Part shown: piece after piece, positions 12,019 through 21,252 of the stretch
Layout: each line of letters opens with the position of its first letter
Numbering within the stretch: the first letter of the stretch is position 1
Source: a virus
Taxonomy: Duplodnaviria; Caudoviricetes
Virus record (IMG/VR): IMGVR_UViG_2595698964_000001
Coordinates: 1-64,000 of that record
DNA length: 64,000 nt
Direction: 5' to 3' (one strand)
Translations under genes and position numbers: made by a program
Notes under the pieces: generated by a model
Database searches by the model: none
What the model saw: only the letters and a program-made list of their open reading frames with translations
Told to the model about the DNA's origin: nothing

Positions 12019-12586
12019 TATGAGTGAATTTGAACAGGTTGTAAAGGAAGTTGGTTCAATAGAAGGCGCTATAAACAAACTATCCCAAGAACATCGACGG
12101 AAGTATTTCAAAGACCCTACTAAGCTTGTTGTGTCTAAGCTAATAATGGGGGAGTGGATTCGTGAAGTAAAGGGCTACGACTTCATAACTGGAAGAAGCA
12201 TTAATCAAGCAGCTCGTGTTACTCAGTATGGTGGGATGGACGTTATCGTTCTGGAGCGCGACGATTTTACAATACTCTTTGGGTGAGGAGGGAGTAAGTT
12301 GAGCGAACTGCGAAAACGCTATGAAGGGATTACAAAGGACGCCAAGAGTCCTACGATGTTAATTGATGCGCGTAAGGAAGAGTACACAGCTGAAACAGGC
12401 AACGACCCTACTAAGCTGATCCTTTCCGCCAATATGTACAAACATCTTGTTATGCAAAAATTTGTACATGACAGCCTCGTATTAGGCTATACGGAAGTAG
12501 CTGAAGTCGATCATTACGCAGGTATGAAGATTGAGGTTGTACGAGATGCTGAGGCAGATATTAAATTTGAGTAAGGTGGTGTGAGC

Positions 12587-12709
12587 GTGAGTAGACGTGA
12601 TGAGATCATCGAGGAGATTAGACAGCTAGAGGTAGAAATTGATGACGCCCAAAATGAGATCAATGAGCTTAGGGAAGAGCTCGCTGAACTTAAGGAGGAA
12701 GAAGAATGA
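12587..12709 (+). CDS. Small acidic coiled-coil protein (40 aa, absent from the ORF track)
   Basis: GTG start after AGGTGG; MSRRDEIIEEIRQLEVEIDDAQNEINELREELAELKEEEE. Confidence 0.6.
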   Translation: MSRRDEIIEEIRQLEVEIDDAQNEINELREELAELKEEEE

Positions 12710-14417
12710 GCTCATTCTTTTATATGTTACGGAGTATCAAAAACATTGATAAAGGGGTGTAGCAAGCTATGAGAGACGATTCAAAGCATGACTCAGGTAA
12801 AGACCTTAAAAAGGACGTAGAAGCCGAGGAACAGCTTGTAAAGATGTATATAGGGGACAAGGAAATTGCTACTCTGAATCTAGCTGACTGGACAAAAGGG
12901 GAACTCGGTAGTCCAGTTGAGTATACGCTACCGAACGGAGAGAAACACACGCTGTATTATATCGGAGCTGATATGAGTAAAGACTTCCCTAAAGTTGAAG
13001 TTGACAAGAATTTACTGATTAAACATCTAACTAAGTCAAGCTATAAATTACAAAAGTTTAAACCCAAGAGTGCGGAGGCTGAAGCTTGCATTCTTGGCGG
13101 TTTGAAAGTAATCTACGAGCTTAGGGACATGATAAAAGAGGGCGCATTTGACTCAACGAAGTCGCATCGAGAGGAGTAAACAACATGATGACGTTTGAAG
13201 AGGGAGTATATTCTTTGATTATACTCTTTTCTTGTATAGCGGTGGTTGTCTTAACGTCTAAAGGGAATGGGGATGAGGATGATTGAGTAAATCCGGAGCG
13301 CTGGCGATACTCTGCTTCATAGCCCTTATCGTTATGTTCATTATCGAAACAATTACTGGAGGTTAATTATGAAAATCGACAAAAGTAAACTAACATACGT
13401 CGGGAAGTATAGTCCGAGACACCTTGACGTAGGTTCAATTATTGAGTTTCCTGACGGGAAAGAAAAGACTGTTACAAAACTATTCTTCTTCAAGAAGACT
13501 GTACCAACATACGGTTTGTACTCAGTTCGCGAGATCAGCAGATATAACGTGAGATCGACTTGGTTAGCACTACAAAACATTGATGACCCCGAAGATCGTA
13601 GGGAAGTAACTTTGGCAAACGTGAGAGAGCTAGCCACCTACGTTGTAGAAGAATTTTAGAAAGGAGCTTAACAATGCAATATAACTTTGAGCTACAATAC
13701 TATAAAGGGCTACCATTACGACTCGTTGACCGAAAAGACTACAAGGAAAAACTGGCGAAGAGATACCTCATAAACGACACGAACCAAAACATTTGGATTC
13801 CTAATAGACACTTAGAGGAAGATGGAACCATCAAAGAGGGCGAAAACCTAGAGTACATACTTCTCAGAGCCTTGAGTCAAATCTCGCTAGCCGGGTTGGA
13901 GCTACATTTTAGAGAAAAAGGGTTTAGAAAACCGGATTATGAAAACGTGAATATCAGGTCGAAGCCATATGAAACTTTTGATCTATGACAAAGACTATAG
14001 AATATGAAGAAGTGACTCACGAGGAGGAAAACGAAGATGGCTAGAAAGAAAGTTGAAGGCGTACTACCTGCAAGATCATTAACTGCTCAAAGTATTGAGG
14101 TTGAATACTACCAAGTTGAGGTAGGTGTTATGGGCGTAGTATTACCTGCGGAGCTAGACCTGGAAACAATGAGCGGACTGAAACTTGTAAGAGGCGAGGC
14201 TTCTGTAATCGAGTCAAAAGAGCTCGCAGAAAAGGTCGCTGAGATGGTAGACGGAAAAGTTGTAACAGTGACTGAAGAGTACTCTGCTTCCAGATCATAT
14301 GAAGATGGGACAGAACAACGCGCTAGAAGAGCATATGTTGCGTTGAGTCAGTTTACTAAGCGTATAAACAAAGGATGAGAACAGAAAATATAAGTCAGTG
14401 AGAATCATAGATAAGGA

Positions 14418-14684
14418 GTGAGAAAAGTGAACTTTGGGAAAGCTTTAGGACTGCTAAAAGCAGGTCGAGAGTTAACACGTAGTGGTTGGAACGGGAAAGA
14501 CATGTTTCTGTACTTAGTTAAGGGTCAAAAGTTGGCCAGAGGATTAGGATACGGATTTGGTGAATACTCAGGAGAACCTTATTGTACAGATTTTATAGTC
14601 ATTAGAACATCAGATAACAAGATAGTTCCTTGGGTTCCATCTCAATCTGACCTGTTAGCAACAGATTGGGAGTTATTCGCGTAA
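14418..14684 (+). CDS. DUF2829 / Tad2-like Thoeris anti-defence sponge protein
   Basis: NFGKALGLLKAG..LTRSGWNGKDMFLYL and PWVPSQSDLLATDW are DUF2829 (Tad2 family) signatures. Confidence 0.8.
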   Translation: MRKVNFGKALGLLKAGRELTRSGWNGKDMFLYLVKGQKLARGLGYGFGEYSGEPYCTDFIVIRTSDNKIVPWVPSQSDLLATDWELFA

Positions 14685-14830
14685 CTATGATTAGCTTTCT
14701 ACTCTATCTAATTGGCGTCCTTATTAACTTGAGGTGGTTGTTTGGCGAGAGTTTCGATATTCTTGGGATCCCAGCATATGTTTACGGATTAGGACTGATG
14801 GGCCTTGCTATCATGTGGTGGGCTCTACGA

Positions 14831-14860
14831 GGAGAGAACTTTTGAAAGCTCTCCTTTATT
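14831..14860 (+). promoter_or_regulatory. Class-II (middle-type) promoter motif GGAG-N19-CTTTATT
   Basis: GGAGAGAACTTT...CTTTATT directly upstream of the RBS of 14871. Confidence 0.6.
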
Positions 14861-16099
14861 CTTATAGATAATGAGGAGGTTAAAATATATGGACTTTAAA
14901 GAGTTTCAAAAGCTAACTGAACACCCAGATGCGTACAGCGCAGTGGACGTTGAAGAACTTAGACTACTGAGTGAAGAAGAGCTACAGAAATATCAAACAG
15001 AAATTGAACTACACGACGGAGATAATCTTTCTGGCTGGGAACATCTTCTGGCGTTCTTTACTTTAAAGAAAAAGCTAATGGACATTCAAGAAGCGCAGAA
15101 AAATCATAATCCCTATGATAGTGAAGTTGTAGTAAGACCTAACGTGAAACGAGTGTTGAAAGCTGACTATGCACTAGACATGGTAAGGGTATTTGATCCT
15201 GAAAGAATTGAAGTAGTGACTTTTGCGAATGACATTGAAGACGAATATACTGTTTGGCTCAAGAGTGGTGCCAGCATTCGCGTCCAAGGCGATGTTAATG
15301 AACTGTTTAAACAACTAAATTGGGACGTTACTGAAATCGAGAATACGACGAAGAAAGAGGGAGACAAGAAATGAAATCACCTAGAACAAGAGCAATACTA
15401 AAAGTACAGGGCTACATTAAGCGCTCAAGCGGATTTTATGAGAAGATTGGAACCTGTGACGTATGTAAGGGAGAAGGGTCTGGAAAAGACAGTACTGGTA
15501 CTTGGTCTTGCTTAACTTGCGGCGGTACAGGGGTAGTAGTTAAGCTTGCTTCAGTAGAGATTAGTAGATACTTGTATAACGCGAAGAAAACTGGAAAATA
15601 TTAGGGGACGTGATGACTTTGAATATGATTCTCAAACACGGAGATACTGAGTATGTAACTAGTAGCGTAGAACCAAAAGCGGGCGACCTTATCTATCGAA
15701 ACGGTGAAGTAGTTAAGGTTATCGCGGTAGGCGACTCTGATTTATTAGTTGCGGAACCTAATAAGCCTAAAAGCGATGGAATTTGGGTGGGTAGCGCAGG
15801 AGTTGAGGTCTTACTCTCGAGAGATGCTTTGAGAACTAACCCGTTCTTAAAGGCTAGAATGGCATTTGATGATTCGAGTCTTACAGTCGGGAATGCGTAT
15901 CTTATTGAAGAGTCCCAAAGAAAAAGATCATATCACGCGATCTATTACGGACTATCTAAAGATCAAACAAAAGCTAAGTTTATCAGATATGGTAACTTCT
16001 CTATTCCAAAAGACGTTACTTTCGTAGATGTTTACGAATTACAAAAGGGACAAAAGATCATTAAAGAACTAAAAGCTGCAGATGAAAACTAACGCATTG

Positions 16100-16127
16100 A
16101 ACACACTCCGATAAGGGGTGTGTTTTT
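16100..16127 (+). terminator. Rho-independent terminator
   Basis: AACACACTCC-gataa-GGGGTGTGTT followed by a T run. Confidence 0.75.
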
Positions 16128-16139
16128 ACATAATAGGGC

Positions 16140-16213
16140 TTGCTAAACAATAATCTACATAGTACAATTGTATTAAATAACACTAACAACTGAGTTAAAA
16201 AGGAGAGGTTGTA
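16140..16213 (+). promoter_or_regulatory. Class-I early header (sigma-A promoter + ACTGAGTT-SD leader)
   Basis: TTGCTA-17bp-TACAAT, then ACTGAGTTAAAAAGGAGAGG before ATG 16214. Confidence 0.8.
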
Positions 16214-17065
16214 ATGAGCAAAGACATCGTAATCAGCGAACGAGTGGATAGAAACGGTACAAAACACCAAGAGGTCGAAACTAACTGTGACCGTTGCGGC
16301 GGCGCGGGACGCTCTGACAAATGGACATTCACTGGTAAAGTTTGCTATAAGTGCTGGGGTAGTGGTCGGATGACTATCAAGAGAAAGCTTTACACTCCTG
16401 AACATGAAGAAAAGCTCCGTAAGCGTCGCGAACAAGCAGCGAAGAGGAAACTACTTAAAGCAATGGAACAAGCCGAGAAACGGAACGTAGAGGTGCTTAA
16501 AAATTGGGGATACCATAATGGTTCTGTCTACGCGGTATTAGGTGACACTTATAAGATAAAAGATGAGCTAAAAGAAGCCGGAGCAAGATGGGGCGGAAAC
16601 GTAATAGGTTGGTTTTTCTCTGAGAAACCTAGTACTTGGGAGACTTGTGAACTAGATGTTGAAAAGCTTGTTTGGTACAACAACATCGGAGAAGTGCATA
16701 AAAAGGACTTCGCGGACTACAAGGACTACGTAAAAGAACAAAAACGTAAACTTGAGCCTCAAAGTGAATGGGTAGGAGAAGCGGGCGACAAGGTAGAGCT
16801 TGAACTTGAGGTGGTTAACTCGTTCTGGTTTGAATTCGAGAGTCCATACCATTATGGAACTAGTAGCGTTTGTGTTAACAAACTCCGAGATGACTCCGGT
16901 AATGTGTTTGTATGGAAAACGGGAAGAGACTTAAAACAAGACGCGGACGATCAAGGAATAGTTAAGCTTAAAGGTACTATCAAGGAACACAATAGTTATA
17001 ATGACGAAAAGCAAACTGTTCTCACGAGATGTCGAGTCAAAAATGTTTCAAAAAGCACTTGCTAA
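16214..17065 (+). CDS. Zn-finger (CxxCxGxG) plus C-terminal OB-fold-like nucleic-acid-binding protein
   Basis: CDRCGGAG...CYKCWGSG. C-terminal WVGEAGDK...GNVFVWKT...LKGTIKEHNSYNDEKQTVLTR resembles an OB fold. Confidence 0.6.
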   Translation: MSKDIVISERVDRNGTKHQEVETNCDRCGGAGRSDKWTFTGKVCYKCWGSGRMTIKRKLYTPEHEEKLRKRREQAAKRKLLKAMEQAEKRNVEVLKNWGYHNGSVYAVLGDTYKIKDELKEAGARWGGNVIGWFFSEKPSTWETCELDVEKLVWYNNIGEVHKKDFADYKDYVKEQKRKLEPQSEWVGEAGDKVELELEVVNSFWFEFESPYHYGTSSVCVNKLRDDSGNVFVWKTGRDLKQDADDQGIVKLKGTIKEHNSYNDEKQTVLTRCRVKNVSKSTC

Positions 17066-17129
17066 GTGTAACAATAAATAGTATGATTAACTTGTAAGAT
17101 AATCCGAGTTGAAAAAGGAGACGATAATT
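17056..17129 (+). promoter_or_regulatory. Class-I early header
   Basis: CACTTGCTAAGTG palindrome; TTGCTA-17-TATGAT; TCCGAGTTGAAAAAGGAG before ATG 17130. Confidence 0.85.
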
Positions 17130-17543
17130 ATGAAAAAGTTTGATGCAGCTAGTAACATGGAGATTGTTTCTTCTAAAGAATTTAAGGATTCTATCCGGTT
17201 TGCGGTTGAGGAAACTCAACGTAACGTTGACGCGGGAGACACTATTATGGGTAAGTCCTTCTTCGGTACAGTAGTTGCTTATGATTCAAAAGTTGGCGTA
17301 GTCAGAGCCTTCGCGGTTCGCGACTATGGCGGTCGGTCGGAAGGGCTAAATGCTTTGGGGAGAACGGCTAGTCACGTCTCTAACCTTGAGGAACATTCTA
17401 TCCTTACTATTATCGACGCTGAAGAGTTCACACCAAACTGTCACAGCGGGTATTCGTCTCAACGGAACGAGTTTGAGAAGGTCTTGCTTGAGAATCGCTT
17501 TATGAAAGTTTACATAAACATCTTAACGGGAGGGCGTAATTGA
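17130..17543 (+). CDS. Hypothetical early protein (start corrected to ATG 17130)
   Basis: The AAGGAG SD lies inside the track's first codons, so the real start is 21 nt downstream. Confidence 0.7.
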   Translation: MKKFDAASNMEIVSSKEFKDSIRFAVEETQRNVDAGDTIMGKSFFGTVVAYDSKVGVVRAFAVRDYGGRSEGLNALGRTASHVSNLEEHSILTIIDAEEFTPNCHSGYSSQRNEFEKVLLENRFMKVYINILTGGRN

Positions 17544-17817
17544 TATGGAGTACAAAGGTAGTTACGGAAAAACGGTAAGGGTTACTGTTGAAAAGGATTT
17601 GGACGGTAAAACTGTAAACAACGAGCTTCCACATGTTGTAACGTTCTACATTGATAGCGACGATGAAATTGTAGGGATTTATCCTTTAGTTCCGAATGGA
17701 CTTTCTAAGGACGAACTTCTAAGCGTACAACCTTACAAACACGAGGTCTGTACACATGACTTAGAACTCGTTGAATAAGGGCGTGTATTCGCCCTTAATG
17801 TTTTTACATAAAAACAA

Positions 17818-17899
17818 TTGCTAAGTGCATCTACATATAGTATGATTAAGTTGTAAACGAGATACACTAAAAACTGAGTTGAAAAAGGAGAGGTTTAAA
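17818..17899 (+). promoter_or_regulatory. Class-I early header
   Basis: TTGCTAAGTG; 17-bp spacer; TATGAT; ACTGAGTTGAAAAAGGAGAGG before TTG 17900. Preceded by hairpin 17776-17797. Confidence 0.85.
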
Positions 17900-18418
17900 T
17901 TGACAAAACTAAGAGGGTATGTAGTAACTTCTGTGGATTCTAAAGGCGTTAGAAGAACAACGCACTTAACTGGAACATCTTTTACCAATGCGTTGGACAA
18001 AGCTAAAGCTATGATATCAAAGGCTGAACTTAAGTTCATAGATAGCTTTGATGTACAAATTATTGATGTCTCGCAAGAAACAAAAACGTTTCTACAAAGA
18101 CACAATCCGGATCAATCCGTTGCGATAACACCTAATAACACAAAACTCCTCGTATCTTCCAGAAACGTTGATGAATACTACGCACAAGACCTTGTTGAGA
18201 AAGACTCCGATTTCTGGGATACTATGTTAAAAGATTTACGCGAGCCTACGCCTGTAAACTTCTATGGTACATACGGGGAAGTCGCAAAAAGTTGGGATTT
18301 GGACTCGGGAAAAACTTACATCGTGTTCAGACCTCTAAACGAGGAAGGGTTCAAACTCGTTACTAGGCTAGCTGGTTGTCAAATTAACGCTAAAGAGGAG
18401 AACGCATCAAATGAATAA
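17900..18418 (+). CDS. Hypothetical early protein (start corrected to TTG 17900)
   Basis: SD spacing places the start at MTKLRGY. Confidence 0.65.
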   Translation: MTKLRGYVVTSVDSKGVRRTTHLTGTSFTNALDKAKAMISKAELKFIDSFDVQIIDVSQETKTFLQRHNPDQSVAITPNNTKLLVSSRNVDEYYAQDLVEKDSDFWDTMLKDLREPTPVNFYGTYGEVAKSWDLDSGKTYIVFRPLNEEGFKLVTRLAGCQINAKEENASNE

Positions 18419-19133
18419 TCTGACTAGCATAAAAGTACCTAAGAAGTATCAACAGATGATCGCAGACATCTACCCGGACTCAGAAGGGAATGGGTACTGG
18501 TGTCATAGTAAAGCGGGGTATGGATTCGAGGAATGGGAAGGTGCTGAGATTGCGAGAGAGGACACCAAAAAGATGATGCTACATACAATCCGTTCATTGA
18601 GACCTTATAAGGAGGATGAAAGATGATACAAGAAGAAACCGTTACAGTTTTCGCGACAAAAGTGGGTAAGAAGCTTTACGAGGAGGGTAAGAGATTTCTC
18701 GCGATAGATCGTCCACCGAGCTACGTTGAGAAGCTCGCTCATATACACCCATATAATCTGGTAGACGGTAAGTCGGTCTACCAGAAAGACCATAAAATGT
18801 TTGCCGAGTACACAGAAGCGTTAGTATTTCCAAAGCCAATTTCCGTTATAGACGTTAGAGACGAAGTGTTTTATAATGAGGAACAGGACTACCGTAAGCG
18901 TATAAGGGTGTTTACTGTAATCCCTAGACAAATGATACCTACTGTCGATCCATTGGAGACCGCAAAACTAAAAGAGGCTTCCACAAGTGAACTCATCGAG
19001 TTATACGAGCTCTCAGTTGAAACTCATCATAAGTTTGAGAGACACCAAAAAACAAAACAGTTTAGGGTCGCCCTCGATAATCTCAACAATTGTAAAGAAG
19101 AACTAAAAAGACGACTCGGGAAGGGATAAAACT

Positions 19134-19430
19134 ATGCTACCTACTAATCACATCAACAACTACCTTGTAAAAAGTCACAAACTTGGTGCTAGAGGTCTTC
19201 GTGGAGTGTACCGTTTTCCAAATAACTACGGCGCATCCGTTGTAGTGGGCGGGTTGGTAACTGCGAATCAAGGTAACTACTATCTTGAACTAGTGGTTCT
19301 CCGATTTCATAGCGAAGATGATGAGGACTTCTCACTGGACTACGATACTCCAATCACTGATGACATAATGATATTTGATAATGAAGAAGAACTTATACGA
19401 ACGCTCGAAGCCATAAAAGAGCTATGGTAA
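19134..19430 (+). CDS. Conserved hypothetical phage protein
   Basis: YRFPNNYGASVV...LELVVL...LDYDTPITDD motif, seen widely in phages. Confidence 0.65.
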   Translation: MLPTNHINNYLVKSHKLGARGLRGVYRFPNNYGASVVVGGLVTANQGNYYLELVVLRFHSEDDEDFSLDYDTPITDDIMIFDNEEELIRTLEAIKELW

Positions 19431-19720
19431 TGAGTTACAACTTCCTGAATAAAGGAGCTGACAGCCTATGTTAGAAGTAGTCGTTGAAGGAGCCGACCAA
19501 GGCGTTACGCTTATCAAAATGGAGGAGAAGGCTTTTGATAATCTTCGCCTTGGTAGTATTATTGAAATTGATGATACTGAACATGGAGGCTATATTTCAT
19601 TCTATCGAGTTGATAAAATTCTTACTGACAAACTTGTTGTTACTCCATACCTTCGTAATTATGTAAAAACATATTCAGTGAGAGATGAATTATACAAAGA
19701 TTATCCAAGTTACTGCTATG

Positions 19721-19741
19721 AATAATAATAATAATAATAAT
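19721..19741. repeat. (AAT)7 trinucleotide microsatellite
   Basis: aataataataataataataat spanning the stop codon of 19468-19725. Confidence 0.9.
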
Positions 19742-19891
19742 AGATTGGACGTGTTAAAATGAACCTACAAGAACAGCTTAGAAAAATTAACGAGATTAAT
19801 AAAAAGCGTAAACTTGAGGAGCAAAAACAAGACGAAGCTTTTGAAAGAATCTTAGACCAGCAAATTCCTGTCGAGAGGGTGGATAACGAAG

Positions 19892-20173
19892 ATGAGTAAA
19901 CTTAGAATAAGTCACCATCCGCAAGTCCCGTGTAAGGCATTTCACGTCGAGGTCTCTGACCTCGATGAAGCCATTAAGATACGTAACATTCTAGTGAACT
20001 ATGATTTGTTTCAATTTGAGAATCGGATTAAACCAGACTATGCCAACATGACGACTCTCGAAGAGTATGATGAAACAGAGGACGCTTGGCTACAATGGTA
20101 CAACGAAGACGGGCTTGATTTTGACGAATATCTTAGAGAGCTACATTGGGAGGGGGAAGAGCGAGTCAAATGA
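19892..20173 (+). CDS. P22 gp17-like protein (superinfection-exclusion/anti-abortive-infection family)
   Basis: LRISHHPQVPCKAFHVEV...YDLFQFENRIKPDYAN matches the P22 gp17 family pattern. Confidence 0.7.
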   Translation: MSKLRISHHPQVPCKAFHVEVSDLDEAIKIRNILVNYDLFQFENRIKPDYANMTTLEEYDETEDAWLQWYNEDGLDFDEYLRELHWEGEERVK

Positions 20174-20495
20174 TGAGCGTTTTATCTGTCCCTACTCTAT
20201 TGAGTTCGGCTATCAATTTATGTAAACAGGAGTATGGAGCTTGTAACTACTTGGAAATTTCTAGACCTCTCTACGTTTGTTACAAAGAAGTTACCTTGGC
20301 GACAAGACTTTTCGGAGATGAGGAAGACCTCCGAGAAAAAGTTGAGTTTATTATAACTGACGATGTTGGATACTCTTGGAAAGCTACGCGAGAAAAAGGT
20401 GGTCAAGGAATCGAGATGACTTTGACAAGATAAGGGGAACTTGTTGAAGTTCCTCTCTGATTCTATTAAAATTAAACTATAGGAGGAATACATAT

Positions 20496-20768
20496 ATGAA
20501 GCGGTCACTATTGACTTTACCGTTACTCTTACTCTCCGTTTCTGGTTGTTCTTATGAAGCAAGTTCTGAAGAAAAGAAATGGGACTCCGGGAGGTTTGAG
20601 GAAGTATCAAAAGAGACATCATTCGGTAAATACGACTTTGAAACTTATGTCGTAGCCGATAAGATAACAGGGTGTCAATACGTAGTTACGGGCGACACTC
20701 GCGCAATTGCCTTGACCCCAGTTATAAACCCAGACGGTAAACCATATTGCGAGAAGGTGAAAAAATGA
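20496..20768 (+). CDS. Lipoprotein (DUF6440-like)
   Basis: Lipobox VSGC after a hydrophobic stretch; YVVADKITGCQY...LTPVINPDGKP. Confidence 0.65.
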   Translation: MKRSLLTLPLLLLSVSGCSYEASSEEKKWDSGRFEEVSKETSFGKYDFETYVVADKITGCQYVVTGDTRAIALTPVINPDGKPYCEKVKK

Positions 20769-21170
20769 ACACAAACAAAGTAGTAGCTACGATAGAGCAT
20801 GAAATCAAGGTTGGAGACCCCGGGAGACTCGTAAACTTGAGTTCGTTTCTAAATGTTGTTGTAACACGCCTTTGTACCATAGATGGACTACAAGATGGAC
20901 CATTAAAGTCAATAGCTTTAGAACAAGTCACAAATCCTACGTACAAAATGGTTGACCGAGGTACTGTGTGGGTAGTCGCTAAAGAGTTTAATGTAGAAGC
21001 GGGAAAACCCAACCCGTATAGTACTATGGAGATCATTTATCCGTTGGAACGATTTATCCAACTCTTTGTCCCTCTCGTAAGAGTGGACGGAGACTATGAC
21101 TACAAAGATGTGCCTATAAGCGATCTAGAAATCAACACCTTCTGAAAAGAAGGTGTTTTTATTCAAAAGA

Positions 21171-21252
21171 TACTTGATAAGTGTATCATCGTATAGTATG
21201 CTTAATGTAGCTTGAATAACACTAATAACTGAGTTGAAAGTGAGGCGTTATA
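21171..21252 (+). promoter_or_regulatory. Class-I early header
   Basis: TACTTGATAAGTG; TTGATA-17-TATGCT; ACTGAGTTGAAAGTGAGG before ATG 21253. Preceded by terminator 21134-21160. Confidence 0.8.
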
